Assembly: GCA_012727685.1 (NCBI GenBank)
Contig: JAAYGO010000143.1
Location: forward strand, 1 to 62,777
Length of the DNA: 62,777 bases
Direction: 5' to 3'
From: Bacillota bacterium
Lineage (GTDB): Bacteria > Bacillota > Dethiobacteria > DTU022
Each line of letters begins with the position of its first letter. Within the stretch, counting starts at the first letter, position 1. The position numbers and the translations under genes were made by a program. This document shows positions 48,403 to 57,694 of the stretch, in pieces. Under the pieces are notes generated by a model, which made no database searches, was not told where the DNA came from, and was given only the letters and a program-made list of their open reading frames with translations.

Positions 48403-50487
48403 ATGAAAAAGTATCCCAGCGAAGCGATTCGCAATGTTGCGCTGATTTCACACGGCGGTGCCGGTAAGACTTCCCTTACCGAGGCCCTGCTTTTTTCTTC
48501 CGGTGCCATCAATCGTTTGGGAAAAATCGAAGCGGGAAATACGACTACCGATTTTGACCCGGATGAGATCAAGAAACAGGTAACCATCAACGTGGGGCTC
48601 GCTCCAATTGAGTGGGAAGGCGTCAAGATCAATATCCTCGATACCCCCGGATATTTTGATTTCATCGGCGACGTTTTAGGGGCCTTACGGGTAGCCGATG
48701 GCGCCGTGGTCACCGTTTGCGCTGTCTCCGGAGTTGAAGTGGGGACAGAGAAAGTCTGGACCTATGCAGACGATTTCAAGATGCCACGTTTGATCTTTAT
48801 AAACAAGCTGGATCGGGAAAATGCCGATTTCGCAAAGACAGTAGAGCAGTTGGAACAGCATTTTGGCCAGGGTGTCATACCGCTGCAGTTGCCGATCGGC
48901 AAAGAGGCCGATTTTAAGGGAGTCGTAGATTTGCTGGCCGAAAAAGCCCTTTATTTTTCCGACGAAGGGAAAAAGGTGGCAGAAGCTCAAATACCGGCCG
49001 AGCTGAACGATCAGGTGGCCTCGCTGCGGGAAAAAATTGTGGAAGCGGCCGCAGAGGCGGACGACGAGCTGCTGGAAAAATATCTTGAAGGAGTGGCCCT
49101 GGAGCCGGACGAGATCATGAGAGGTCTCAAAAAGGGTATTGCCGCTCAGTCGATTTTCCCCGTTTTATGCGGTGCGGCCACCAAGAATTTGGGCATGCAG
49201 CCGCTCATGAATATGATCAAAACCTTTATACCCTCACCGCTTGATCGGGAAGCGATGAAGGGAAGCGTGCCCGGCAAAGAGGAGACCGTAGAGCGCAAGC
49301 CGTCGCCGGAAGATCCCTTTTCTGCCTTTGTCTTTAAGACCCTCGCCGACCCCTACGTGGGACGGGTCAATTTCTTCCGCGTTTATTCCGGTTCGCTTAC
49401 ACCTGATTCACAGGTCTATAATTCCAACAAGGATAAAGCAGAGCGTGTCGGGCAGGTCTTTTCCATGCGCGGCAAAAACCAGATTGCCATGGAAGAGGTC
49501 GTGACTGGTGATATCGCCGCCGTAGCCAAGCTGCAGCATACCGGCACCGGTGACACCCTCTGTGATCGCGCGCAACCAGTTGTTTTTGAGCCGCTCCAAT
49601 TCCCCGAACCGGTCATTTCTTTTGCCGTGGAGCCCAAGAATAAGGGCGATGAGGAAAAGGTCAGCAGCGGCCTGGCGCGCTTCCTGGACGAAGACCCAAC
49701 CTTGCGCCTGGAGCGGCGGGTGGAGACCAAGCAGACCGTTATATCCGGGTTGGGAGAGTTGCACCTGGAGATTATCGTCAGCCGGCTGGCGCAGAAATTT
49801 GGCGTTGAAGTAGAGCTCTCCACTCCGAAAGTGCCGTACAAGGAGACCATCCGCGGCCGAGCGAAGGTGGAAGGCAAACATAAGAAGCAAACCGGGGGAC
49901 GGGGTCAATACGGCCACGTATTCCTGGAGCTGGAGCCGCTGCAACCAGGCGAGGGCTTTGTCTTCGAAGACAAGATCTTCGGTGGAGTGGTCCCGAAACA
50001 GTATGTGCCGGCCGTTGAAAAAGGAGTGCGCGAAGCGCTCGAAGAAGGCGTCGTGGCCGGATATCCGGTGGTCGATGTGAAGGTCGCACTCGTAGACGGA
50101 TCCTACCACAGTGTCGACTCTTCGGAGATGGCCTTTAAGATCGCCTCGGCCATGGCGTTCCGCAAAGGAATGGAACAGGCACAGCCGGTGCTGCTTGAAC
50201 CGATCATGAATGTGGAGGTAACCGTTCCGGAAGCATTCATGGGCGACATCATGGGAGACTTGAACAGCAGGCGCGGCAGAATTCAGGGCATGGAACCGAC
50301 AAACGGGCTGCAGAAAATTCGTGCTCAGGTGCCCATGGCGGAGATGTTCAGGTATTCAATCGATCTGCGCTCCATGACCCAGGGCAGGGGATTTTTCACC
50401 ATGTCCTTTTCACACTACGAAGAAGTTCCCTATCAGGTGGCTGATCAGGTGATTGCCGCCGCCAGGGAAGCAAAGGCCAAGGAATAG
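48403..50487 (+). CDS. elongation factor G paralogue (EF-G2-like translational GTPase) with atypical switch II
   Basis: G1 SHGGAGKTS and G4 NKLD with a full five-domain EF-G length of 694 aa. G3 reads DTPGYFDF (Tyr84, codon TAT 48652-48654) instead of DTPGHVDF. Confidence 0.9.
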   Translation: MKKYPSEAIRNVALISHGGAGKTSLTEALLFSSGAINRLGKIEAGNTTTDFDPDEIKKQVTINVGLAPIEWEGVKINILDTPGYFDFIGDVLGALRVADGAVVTVCAVSGVEVGTEKVWTYADDFKMPRLIFINKLDRENADFAKTVEQLEQHFGQGVIPLQLPIGKEADFKGVVDLLAEKALYFSDEGKKVAEAQIPAELNDQVASLREKIVEAAAEADDELLEKYLEGVALEPDEIMRGLKKGIAAQSIFPVLCGAATKNLGMQPLMNMIKTFIPSPLDREAMKGSVPGKEETVERKPSPEDPFSAFVFKTLADPYVGRVNFFRVYSGSLTPDSQVYNSNKDKAERVGQVFSMRGKNQIAMEEVVTGDIAAVAKLQHTGTGDTLCDRAQPVVFEPLQFPEPVISFAVEPKNKGDEEKVSSGLARFLDEDPTLRLERRVETKQTVISGLGELHLEIIVSRLAQKFGVEVELSTPKVPYKETIRGRAKVEGKHKKQTGGRGQYGHVFLELEPLQPGEGFVFEDKIFGGVVPKQYVPAVEKGVREALEEGVVAGYPVVDVKVALVDGSYHSVDSSEMAFKIASAMAFRKGMEQAQPVLLEPIMNVEVTVPEAFMGDIMGDLNSRRGRIQGMEPTNGLQKIRAQVPMAEMFRYSIDLRSMTQGRGFFTMSFSHYEEVPYQVADQVIAAAREAKAKE

Positions 50488-50502
50488 CAAAGGTTTAATA
50501 AG

Positions 50503-50540
50503 GGGGGACGGATCTTAACCTAAAGGGTCCGTCCCCTTTT
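50503..50540 (+). terminator. Rho-independent terminator after the EF-G paralogue
   Basis: GGGGACGGA...TCCGTCCCC forms a hairpin followed by TTTT (50537-50540). Confidence 0.7.
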
Positions 50541-50729
50541 GCCATACTCAGCATTTCCGATCCTGCCTTCATGACTTTCCCCTTTTCCCTTTGATAAGCA
50601 GCAATATTCCTAAAATGTATAAATATTCCCTTTCTGTTTAAAGCTGTAGTCTAAGGGCTTTTATTTGCCGCTTTGCCGGCCACCGGCCAGGTATTTTTGC
50701 TTGAAGCGGCAGCAGAAGGGGGAATAAAG

Positions 50730-51839
50730 GTGGAATTCAGGATTATTTCCGATTCTGAGCAAAAAAAGTTCGATCAATTTATGAAAAAATGCCGTCATGG
50801 CCACATCTTTCAGTCTTACTTATGGGGAGAAGCAAAAAGGCCGGCCTGGTCACCGCTGCGTGTGGTCCTGGAAGAAGAAGGCCGGATCAGGGCTGCAGCC
50901 TCCATATTAAAAAGGCAGATTCCCATCCCGGGAAAATCTTTTTTTTACTTGCCGCGGGGGCCGGTTCTTGAAGACTGGGGAGATGCCCGGCTTTTCAATG
51001 CTTTCATGGCTCACCTGCAGCGGCTGGCCCTCGCCGAGAGGGCGGTCTTCATCAAGATGGATCCCTGCCTCAGCGAGGGCGATGCTATCCCGGCAGAGAT
51101 GCTGGATCAAAAAAGATTCAAACCGATCCGGGATCATCACGATTTCGGAGGGCTGCAGCCCCGGTATACTTTTCGCCTGGATATTAGCGGCAGCCTGGAC
51201 GAAATCATGAGTGCATTTCCCAAAAAGATCAGGTATAAAATCAAGTATGGAATCACCCGGGGCCTGACCTTTGACTCACCCGGAGAAGCAGGGTTGAACC
51301 CTTTCATGGAGATCATGCGCCAGGCCAGCCGGAGAGGAAATTTCGTTTTACGGAGTGCCGATTACTTTAGAAAACTATACCGGTTGTTGGCCGGGGATGA
51401 CGCCATTAACCTGATCCTGGGTTACTACCAGGGGCAACCGATCATTGGCGGGATTACCCTCGCCTTCGGCGAACAGGCCTGGGCTGTGTACGGCGGGCAA
51501 ATTGATAAAAGCCTGCATCTCTACGCCTATCATGCCCTGATCTGGGAGAGAATCAAATGGGCCAAGAGCAGGGGGGCCAGGTGGTTTGATTTTTACGGTG
51601 TGCCGGGAAAGGTGGAACCGTCGCACCCGCTCTATGGCCTCTATTATTTCAAGAAAAGTTTTGGCGGCCAGTTTTGTGCCTACATCGGTGAAATGGATCT
51701 GGTTCTGGTGCCGGGTCTTTACTGGCTCTGGTCCAATTGTTATCCCCTGGCCCGGGAGATGCTGCTAGCGTTTAAGAGGGGAGCCGGTAAATTTAACTAC
51801 TTTACTGCGCGGCAAAAAATAGGATTTAACCGGGGCTAG
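50730..51839 (+). CDS. FemAB-family peptidoglycan interpeptide-bridge aminoacyltransferase
   Basis: HIFQSYLWGEAK...FYLPRGPV...and C-terminal YGVPG...GLYYFKKSFGG are typical of FemAB/lipid II aminoacyltransferases. GTG 50730 has GAAGGGGG upstream. Confidence 0.75.
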   Translation: MEFRIISDSEQKKFDQFMKKCRHGHIFQSYLWGEAKRPAWSPLRVVLEEEGRIRAAASILKRQIPIPGKSFFYLPRGPVLEDWGDARLFNAFMAHLQRLALAERAVFIKMDPCLSEGDAIPAEMLDQKRFKPIRDHHDFGGLQPRYTFRLDISGSLDEIMSAFPKKIRYKIKYGITRGLTFDSPGEAGLNPFMEIMRQASRRGNFVLRSADYFRKLYRLLAGDDAINLILGYYQGQPIIGGITLAFGEQAWAVYGGQIDKSLHLYAYHALIWERIKWAKSRGARWFDFYGVPGKVEPSHPLYGLYYFKKSFGGQFCAYIGEMDLVLVPGLYWLWSNCYPLAREMLLAFKRGAGKFNYFTARQKIGFNRG

Positions 51840-52127
51840 CTTCCGATTCATTTTAAATTCCTCCTTTGACAAGAGCATGATCAATATTCATCGCTTGCTT
51901 AAGGATAAAGGTGCTTTAAGAAAACTTAACTCCATTATTTTTAAGGTTCAACTGGAGCAGCAGGGAAGCGGAAAAAAAAGGAGAATGCAAAAGAAGGGAA
52001 CAGCGCATCGATACGACGGTGTTCTTCGCTTGCAAATCCCTTCCAGTGAAGAGCAGGGCTGATGTCTTCCCGTTGCTTTAAATTCATATACTATTACTGC
52101 TGAGTTTATTCGAAGCAGGGAAAGAGG

Positions 52128-53240
52128 GTGTTGAGCGTGCCGCAGAAAATGCTGGCGGTAATCTTTGGCGGTCGTTCCGGCGAGCATGTCGTTTCGCTGC
52201 GCTCCGCCGAGTCAATTATGAAAGCTGTAGATCGTGAGCGCTACCGGGTGATTCAGGTGGGGATTACGCGGGAGGGGCGCTGGATTACGGGGGATAGCGC
52301 CTGGCAGGTGCTCAGGGGTGAACGGCCCCTCTCTGAAGCGGCGGAGGCCGTTCTGTTAACCGATCCTTCCCGTCCCGGGCTGCTCAGCCGTCCGGCGGAA
52401 GGAGCGGCCTGGACTTTTCAACCGCTTGACCTGGCTTTCCCGGTGCTACACGGCCCATTTGGGGAGGACGGGACTGTGCAAGGCCTGCTGGAACTGGCCG
52501 GCATCCCGTATGTCGGTTCCGGGGTTTTGGCCTCGGCGGTGTCAATGGATAAAGTGGTTATGAAAATTTTATTCCAAAAATATCAGTTGCCGGTAGCCCC
52601 GTATCTCTATTTTTACCGCTGGGATTGGAAGCGCCGCAAGCGTGACCTGGCCGGCCGGATTGCGGCCGAGCTGGGTTATCCCTGCTTCGTAAAACCCGCC
52701 AACCTCGGTTCAAGTGTCGGTATTTCCCGGGTAATAGACGAAGAGTTTTTTTCCGCCGCTGTTGACGAGGCTTTGCTTTATGACGATAAAGTAGTGGTGG
52801 AAAAGGCCATCTCCGGGCGCGAAATTGAGTGCAGCGTGATCGGAGATCTCGAACCGCGTGCTTCCCGGCCCGGCGAAATTATTCCCTGCAATGAGTTTTA
52901 CGATTACCGGGCCAAGTATCTAGATGATCGTTCACTTTTGATAGTGCCGGTAGAGCTGGGAGAGCAACTGGAAGAAAAAATTAAAGAGCTGGCTTGTGCC
53001 GCCTTTAAAGCGGTCGAAGCTTCCGGACTGGCCAGGGTGGACTTTTTCGTTAATACGGACGAGGGGCAGATTGTGATAAACGAAATAAACACCATCCCCG
53101 GATTTACTTCAATCAGCATGTATCCCAAGCTATGGGAAGTGAGCGGAATCAGTTATGGCGAGCTAATTAACCAACTGCTGGCGCTGGCCGAATCTCGCTT
53201 TCAGCGGCGCCGCGCATTGCGGACCGCGCCGCCGGAATAA
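52128..53240 (+). CDS. ddl: D-alanine--D-alanine ligase
   Basis: [43 protein letters not shown], an ATP-grasp fold and EINTIPGFT. Confidence 0.9.
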   Translation: MLSVPQKMLAVIFGGRSGEHVVSLRSAESIMKAVDRERYRVIQVGITREGRWITGDSAWQVLRGERPLSEAAEAVLLTDPSRPGLLSRPAEGAAWTFQPLDLAFPVLHGPFGEDGTVQGLLELAGIPYVGSGVLASAVSMDKVVMKILFQKYQLPVAPYLYFYRWDWKRRKRDLAGRIAAELGYPCFVKPANLGSSVGISRVIDEEFFSAAVDEALLYDDKVVVEKAISGREIECSVIGDLEPRASRPGEIIPCNEFYDYRAKYLDDRSLLIVPVELGEQLEEKIKELACAAFKAVEASGLARVDFFVNTDEGQIVINEINTIPGFTSISMYPKLWEVSGISYGELINQLLALAESRFQRRRALRTAPPE

Positions 53241-53375
53241 GCTGCCATTGGCAGGAAATACGATCGCGCGTGTTGAAATCCATTTCTGCCGCTGGACAAG
53301 CCGGTTTAGAGCGGCTGCGTTTAATCAAGCTTACGACATCCTTGCTGCTCTCCGGTGGATAGAAGGAGGTGGATC

Positions 53376-54071
53376 ATGACAAAAGGGGAACTGGTCATGG
53401 TTGTTGATGATGAGCGCACCCTGGTGAAAGCGCTCAAATTTAATCTCGAGAAAGAGGGTTACCGGGTCGAGGAGGCATACAACGGGGAAGAAGCGCTGCA
53501 AAAAATATTTGACCTGAATCCGGATATCGTTGTGCTCGACCTGATGCTTCCCGGTTTGGACGGTTTTGATGTCTGCCGGGAGATCAGAAAAAAGCTCGAT
53601 GTGCCGATCATTATGCTCACCGCCCGCGGAGACGATATCGACAAGGTGCTGGGTTTAGAGCTGGGGGCGGATGATTACATGACCAAGCCGTTTAATCCCC
53701 GGGAGCTGATTGCCCGGATCAAGGCCATCTTGAGGCGGAGCGGAGGCAAAGAAGAGGGGGCCAAAAAACATATCCAGATCGGCGGGCTGCAGATTGATCT
53801 GATGCAGCACCGGGTGCGCTTGAACAACAAAGAGATTGAGTTGACCGCCAAGGAGTTTGCCCTGCTCAGCTTTCTCGCTTCCAACGCAGGCCGGGTTTAT
53901 TCCCGGGAGCAGCTATTGGAGCAGGTTTGGGGTTATAACTTTTTTGGCGATGCCCGCACTGTGGACGTGCATATCCGGCACCTGCGAGAAAAAATTGAGG
54001 AGGATCCAAGCAACCCCAAGTTGATTATTACGGTTTGGGGAACCGGTTACAAGTTTAGGGAGGAGCTTTAA
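53376..54071 (+). CDS. OmpR-family response regulator, WalR paralogue
   Basis: VVDDERTLVKALKFNLEKEGY...PIIMLTARGDDIDKVLGLELGADDYMTKPF...RTVDVHIRHLREK. ATG 53376 follows AAGGAGGTG. Confidence 0.9.
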   Translation: MTKGELVMVVDDERTLVKALKFNLEKEGYRVEEAYNGEEALQKIFDLNPDIVVLDLMLPGLDGFDVCREIRKKLDVPIIMLTARGDDIDKVLGLELGADDYMTKPFNPRELIARIKAILRRSGGKEEGAKKHIQIGGLQIDLMQHRVRLNNKEIELTAKEFALLSFLASNAGRVYSREQLLEQVWGYNFFGDARTVDVHIRHLREKIEEDPSNPKLIITVWGTGYKFREEL

Positions 54072-55510
54072 TGTTTCATTTTCATAGCATTCGCTCCCGT
54101 TTAACGGTTACCTTTTTGCTGATTATTTTCGCGGTAATGTTGATTATCAGCGTTTTTTTATATAATCGCCTGGAGAGCTACTACCGGCATAACCTGCAGG
54201 ACAACCTCTCCCGCTCCGGTTTTTTGGCTGCAGATTTCGTGATCGGTTATCTGCGCGAACCGCCGGGCGAGATCGAGATTACGTTGAGTGAAATGGCGGA
54301 AAATTTTAGCGCACAATCAAGGGCCAGGGTCATCTTTATTGATCAGAACGGTATTGTGATCGGTGACTCGGTGCGGATCGGCGCCCTCTTAGGACAATAT
54401 CTGGACCGTGCCGAAGTAGAGGCTGCCCTGCAGGGACAGGTGGGCAGCAGCATTCAATTTAGCGAGAAGACAAACCAGCATGTGATGCAGGTGGCGGTAC
54501 CGGTTCAGGAAGAGGGAAACCCTCCCCTCGGGGCGGTCTTCCTGTCGGCTTCGCTGCAGGATATTTCCAATATTCTCACCGATGTGCGCCGTTTTTTGCT
54601 CGGTGCCACCATCCTGGCGGCAGCGGTAGTCGGCGGCGGTTCGGTGATCCTGGCGCGCCGTTTTACTGAACCGATTGAGCTGTTAACCACGGCGGCGCGC
54701 CACATGGCCGAGGGGAAGCTCGGCGAGCAGATCAAGGTCTCTTCCCGCGACGAGATTGGCCATCTTGCCGAACAGTTCAACGTGATGTCTGCGCGGTTGA
54801 ATTACTATACCGGCAGCTTGAAAAATTTTGTGACCAATGTTTCCCATGAACTGCGGACACCGCTAACCTCGTTAAGCCTGCTCATCAAATCGCTGAAAGA
54901 GTATCAAATGGAGCCGGAGCAGCAGCAGGAATTTTATGAAGATCTTGATCGTGAGGTGGAGCGGTTAATCGCCCTGGTGAACGACCTGCTGGAGTTGACT
55001 AAACTGGAAGAAACCGGCGTTCAACATGAGCCGGTAGCCCTGGATCAACTGATTGGTGATATCGTGAAACAGGTATCGCCTCGTTTTGCCCGGCAGGGGG
55101 TGCAGCTAATCAGCGAACTCCCCGCCGAACCTGTTGAAATTTCCGGTTCACCGCTGCAGTTGCGCCAGGTCTTGCACAACCTTTTAGATAACGCTTTGAA
55201 GTATACCCCCTCCGGTGGATGGGTCCGGGTGTCGGCCTGGCTCGAAGCAGATGGGGTTGGGGTGAGCATCGAGGATACCGGTTGCGGCATTCCGCAGGAA
55301 GATCAGCCGTACATCTTTGAGAGATTCTACCGGGTGGACCGGGCCCGCTCGCGGGAGATGGGTGGAACCGGTCTAGGCCTGGCCATCGTTAAGGAAACAG
55401 TAACTGCCCATGGAGGCAAGGTTTGGGTAGAAAGCGAAGAGGGAAAAGGGAGCACTTTTTACCTTCTTTTCCCTCGTTTGGTAAAAGAGGGCATTATTAA
55501 AGATTATTAA
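54071..55510 (+). CDS. sensor histidine kinase (2 TM, extracytoplasmic domain, HAMP, HisKA, HATPase), WalK-like but lacking the PAS module
   Basis: H-box VSHELRTPL, NALKYTP, DTGCGIP and GGTGLGL motifs. TAATG coupling to the regulator. 479 aa. Confidence 0.9.
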   Translation: MFHFHSIRSRLTVTFLLIIFAVMLIISVFLYNRLESYYRHNLQDNLSRSGFLAADFVIGYLREPPGEIEITLSEMAENFSAQSRARVIFIDQNGIVIGDSVRIGALLGQYLDRAEVEAALQGQVGSSIQFSEKTNQHVMQVAVPVQEEGNPPLGAVFLSASLQDISNILTDVRRFLLGATILAAAVVGGGSVILARRFTEPIELLTTAARHMAEGKLGEQIKVSSRDEIGHLAEQFNVMSARLNYYTGSLKNFVTNVSHELRTPLTSLSLLIKSLKEYQMEPEQQQEFYEDLDREVERLIALVNDLLELTKLEETGVQHEPVALDQLIGDIVKQVSPRFARQGVQLISELPAEPVEISGSPLQLRQVLHNLLDNALKYTPSGGWVRVSAWLEADGVGVSIEDTGCGIPQEDQPYIFERFYRVDRARSREMGGTGLGLAIVKETVTAHGGKVWVESEEGKGSTFYLLFPRLVKEGIIKDY

Positions 55511-55580
55511 CATTATATTAATGTTTTAGCTGATAAAATAGAGTTATGATATTTCATCATACACCTTCCGGGAGGCATTT

Positions 55581-57626
55581 ATGAAGCGATTAAGGCCGGT
55601 CTACTGGTTAGCGGCGGCAGTCATTCTGGTGCTGGCTCTGGTTGCCGGATTGATGGACCGGGCTTTATCCCGGTTTGGTTCCGCCTCCCAGGAGGGAATG
55701 CCGGTAGAACCGAAAGTAAACAATGAAGAAAACAGTTTCGTCGACCTGTGGTTTGCGGGAGACGCGATCTTTGATCTGAGCGTGGATCGCAATATAAACG
55801 GAATCTTGTTTAGCTCTGCAAACAACACTGTCCGGCTATTGGACCGGGATCGCAGGCTGCGCTGGGAAAAAAGCTTTACTTCAGAGCCTCTGCAGGCCAA
55901 GCTCTCTTCGTGCGGGGGCTACCTGGCGGTGGGAACGGCAGGCGGCACCCTCTTCTACATGTCGGCAGACCAGCGCTTGTGGTGGGAAGCCCAAGAGGCC
56001 GAGCCCTTTTACCTGCTAGCCATCTCTGACAATGGCAGGTATGTGGCCGCAGGGCGCGGCAGCGAGGAGGAAAATAACTTTTCCCTGGATCTTTATGACC
56101 AGAACGGCACATTGAGGTGGAGCATGGAGACCGGCCGGCTGGAAAAGATATATTTTTCAGGGGAAACGGGTCAGGACCTTTTGTTTTACAGTTACCGGCA
56201 GGATGAATCCGTTGTTGCCGGCGCGGTAAGCCTGGAGGGGGAGCCGCTGTGGTCGGAGGAAGGTGTTTCCCTCGCCGCCCTATCACGGTTGAATAACCGG
56301 GTGGCCGCTCTGCGCGGTGATGAACTTTTGATTTACGATTACGAGGGCGAGCCGGTCTGGGAAACTCGAGCCCCTTTTTCGATCGCCAAGGTCCTGTTTA
56401 ACCCGATCAATGGCAATGTTTTGATTTACTGCAACAGCGAAGGTTCCAAGGAGAACCTTTATTACTACACCGCCGGCGGTGAACTGCTGTGGATAAAACG
56501 GATCGCTGACGGTTCTCTTTACACTTTTACCGCTGACGGCCGTTATATTATCACCAGCTCGTGGCGCCACTACAAGGAAGACTACAGCCAGATGGTCCTG
56601 CTGGACGAAAGCGGCAATGAAATAAACCGCTGGGAAGTGGCCATGCGGGTAGAATATATGGTTGTAACCGGAAACCGCCGCCATATAGTGCTGGCCGGTG
56701 AAGACGGTTATATTGATATCCTTGATTTAAGTGAATTTCTCACCAGCGAGGATACGATCTCCCTGCAGGGAACATATTATAGCCCCGTGCTCTGGGAAAA
56801 ACCTTCCGATACGAACCTGGTGACGATCTATTTTATTGGCGAACAGGGGCTTTTAGTGCCGGTCTCGCGCCCGGTCAGCGTTACTGCCAACCGCGTCCGC
56901 GCTGCGGTTGAAGAGTTGATTCGCGGCCCGGCCCGCGACAGCAACCTCTACCGCTCTTTCCCCAAGGATGCGCTGGTCAATTTGCTTTTTGTTGAAGAAG
57001 AGGGAGAGCTGGCGATCGATCTTTTACCGGAGGCCGCCGCCATGGCCGGTACCGCTCAAACCCAGCAGGCGCTGAATTCGCTGCGCTATACGATGGGATG
57101 CTATCCCGAGGTCCATGAAATCTATCTCACCGTGGAAGATCAGCTCATTGAAATATTTGGAGACGGCATGATCCTGGAGCAGCCGGTCACGCCGCGCTAC
57201 TGGAAGCAGCCTGTATTTCTGCCCATGCTTGCCGGCGGAAGGTATTACCTGGTGCCCCGGGAAGCCGGGGATCTGGGTTTCGAACAAAGAGACATCAACG
57301 GCATGCTGGCGGCTTTGATCCAGCGGCTGCGCAATCTTTACTTTGTGCCCGGCGATTTAAAGCTTCTCGGGCTGGAGCTAGCAGACGGCACCTTAAAGGT
57401 CGACCTGAGCGAGTCGCTGCGCAACCTCTTTCCGGAAAGCGGCGGGGAAGAAGAAAAAATGCAGGCTGCCCTCTTCCTGGATGCCATTAAACTGACTGCC
57501 TTTAAAAACAGCGATGTGAAGAAGGTTGAATTGCTGATCGAGGGTGAAGCATGGTCTTTGCCGGAAGGATACCCCTCCCTGACGCAATCATTATCTGGCA
57601 CTTTCTACATCAATCCGGAACCTTAA
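55581..57626 (+). CDS. membrane-anchored protein: PQQ/BamB-like beta-propeller repeats followed by two GerMN-like domains
   Basis: N-terminal TM helix. Seven repeats end in RLRW, RLWW, TLRW, EPLW, EPVW, ELLW and INRW at 36-47 aa spacing (aa 92-351). GerMN-like segments lie at aa about 411-535 (VTIYFIG...LVPVSRPV...AVEELIRGP) and about 545-680. Confidence 0.7.
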   Translation: MKRLRPVYWLAAAVILVLALVAGLMDRALSRFGSASQEGMPVEPKVNNEENSFVDLWFAGDAIFDLSVDRNINGILFSSANNTVRLLDRDRRLRWEKSFTSEPLQAKLSSCGGYLAVGTAGGTLFYMSADQRLWWEAQEAEPFYLLAISDNGRYVAAGRGSEEENNFSLDLYDQNGTLRWSMETGRLEKIYFSGETGQDLLFYSYRQDESVVAGAVSLEGEPLWSEEGVSLAALSRLNNRVAALRGDELLIYDYEGEPVWETRAPFSIAKVLFNPINGNVLIYCNSEGSKENLYYYTAGGELLWIKRIADGSLYTFTADGRYIITSSWRHYKEDYSQMVLLDESGNEINRWEVAMRVEYMVVTGNRRHIVLAGEDGYIDILDLSEFLTSEDTISLQGTYYSPVLWEKPSDTNLVTIYFIGEQGLLVPVSRPVSVTANRVRAAVEELIRGPARDSNLYRSFPKDALVNLLFVEEEGELAIDLLPEAAAMAGTAQTQQALNSLRYTMGCYPEVHEIYLTVEDQLIEIFGDGMILEQPVTPRYWKQPVFLPMLAGGRYYLVPREAGDLGFEQRDINGMLAALIQRLRNLYFVPGDLKLLGLELADGTLKVDLSESLRNLFPESGGEEEKMQAALFLDAIKLTAFKNSDVKKVELLIEGEAWSLPEGYPSLTQSLSGTFYINPEP

Positions 57627-57634
57627 CCCTCTAT

Positions 57635-57663
57635 TTGTCATTTCCCCGATTTTGGGCTAAAAT
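57635..57663 (+). promoter_or_regulatory. candidate sigma-A promoter of argS-serS
   Basis: TTGTCA (57635-57640), a 17 nt spacer, then TAAAAT (57658-57663). Confidence 0.4.
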
Positions 57664-57694
57664 AATATGGTCAAACTATAAAGAAGAGGTCGTC

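Noticed and set aside
49408-50109. 233-aa minus-strand ORF (and nested 153-aa/103-aa ORFs)
   Set aside because: It is antisense to the EF-G paralogue, with no recognisable domain. It is a typical GC-rich shadow ORF.
50730-55510. Possible vancomycin-resistance-like cluster (FemAB, ddl, response regulator, histidine kinase)
   Set aside because: There is no vanH, vanX or vanY. The gene order is unlike van operons. The ligase looks like an ordinary Ddl by its conserved motifs. The regulator and kinase resemble WalRK rather than VanRS.
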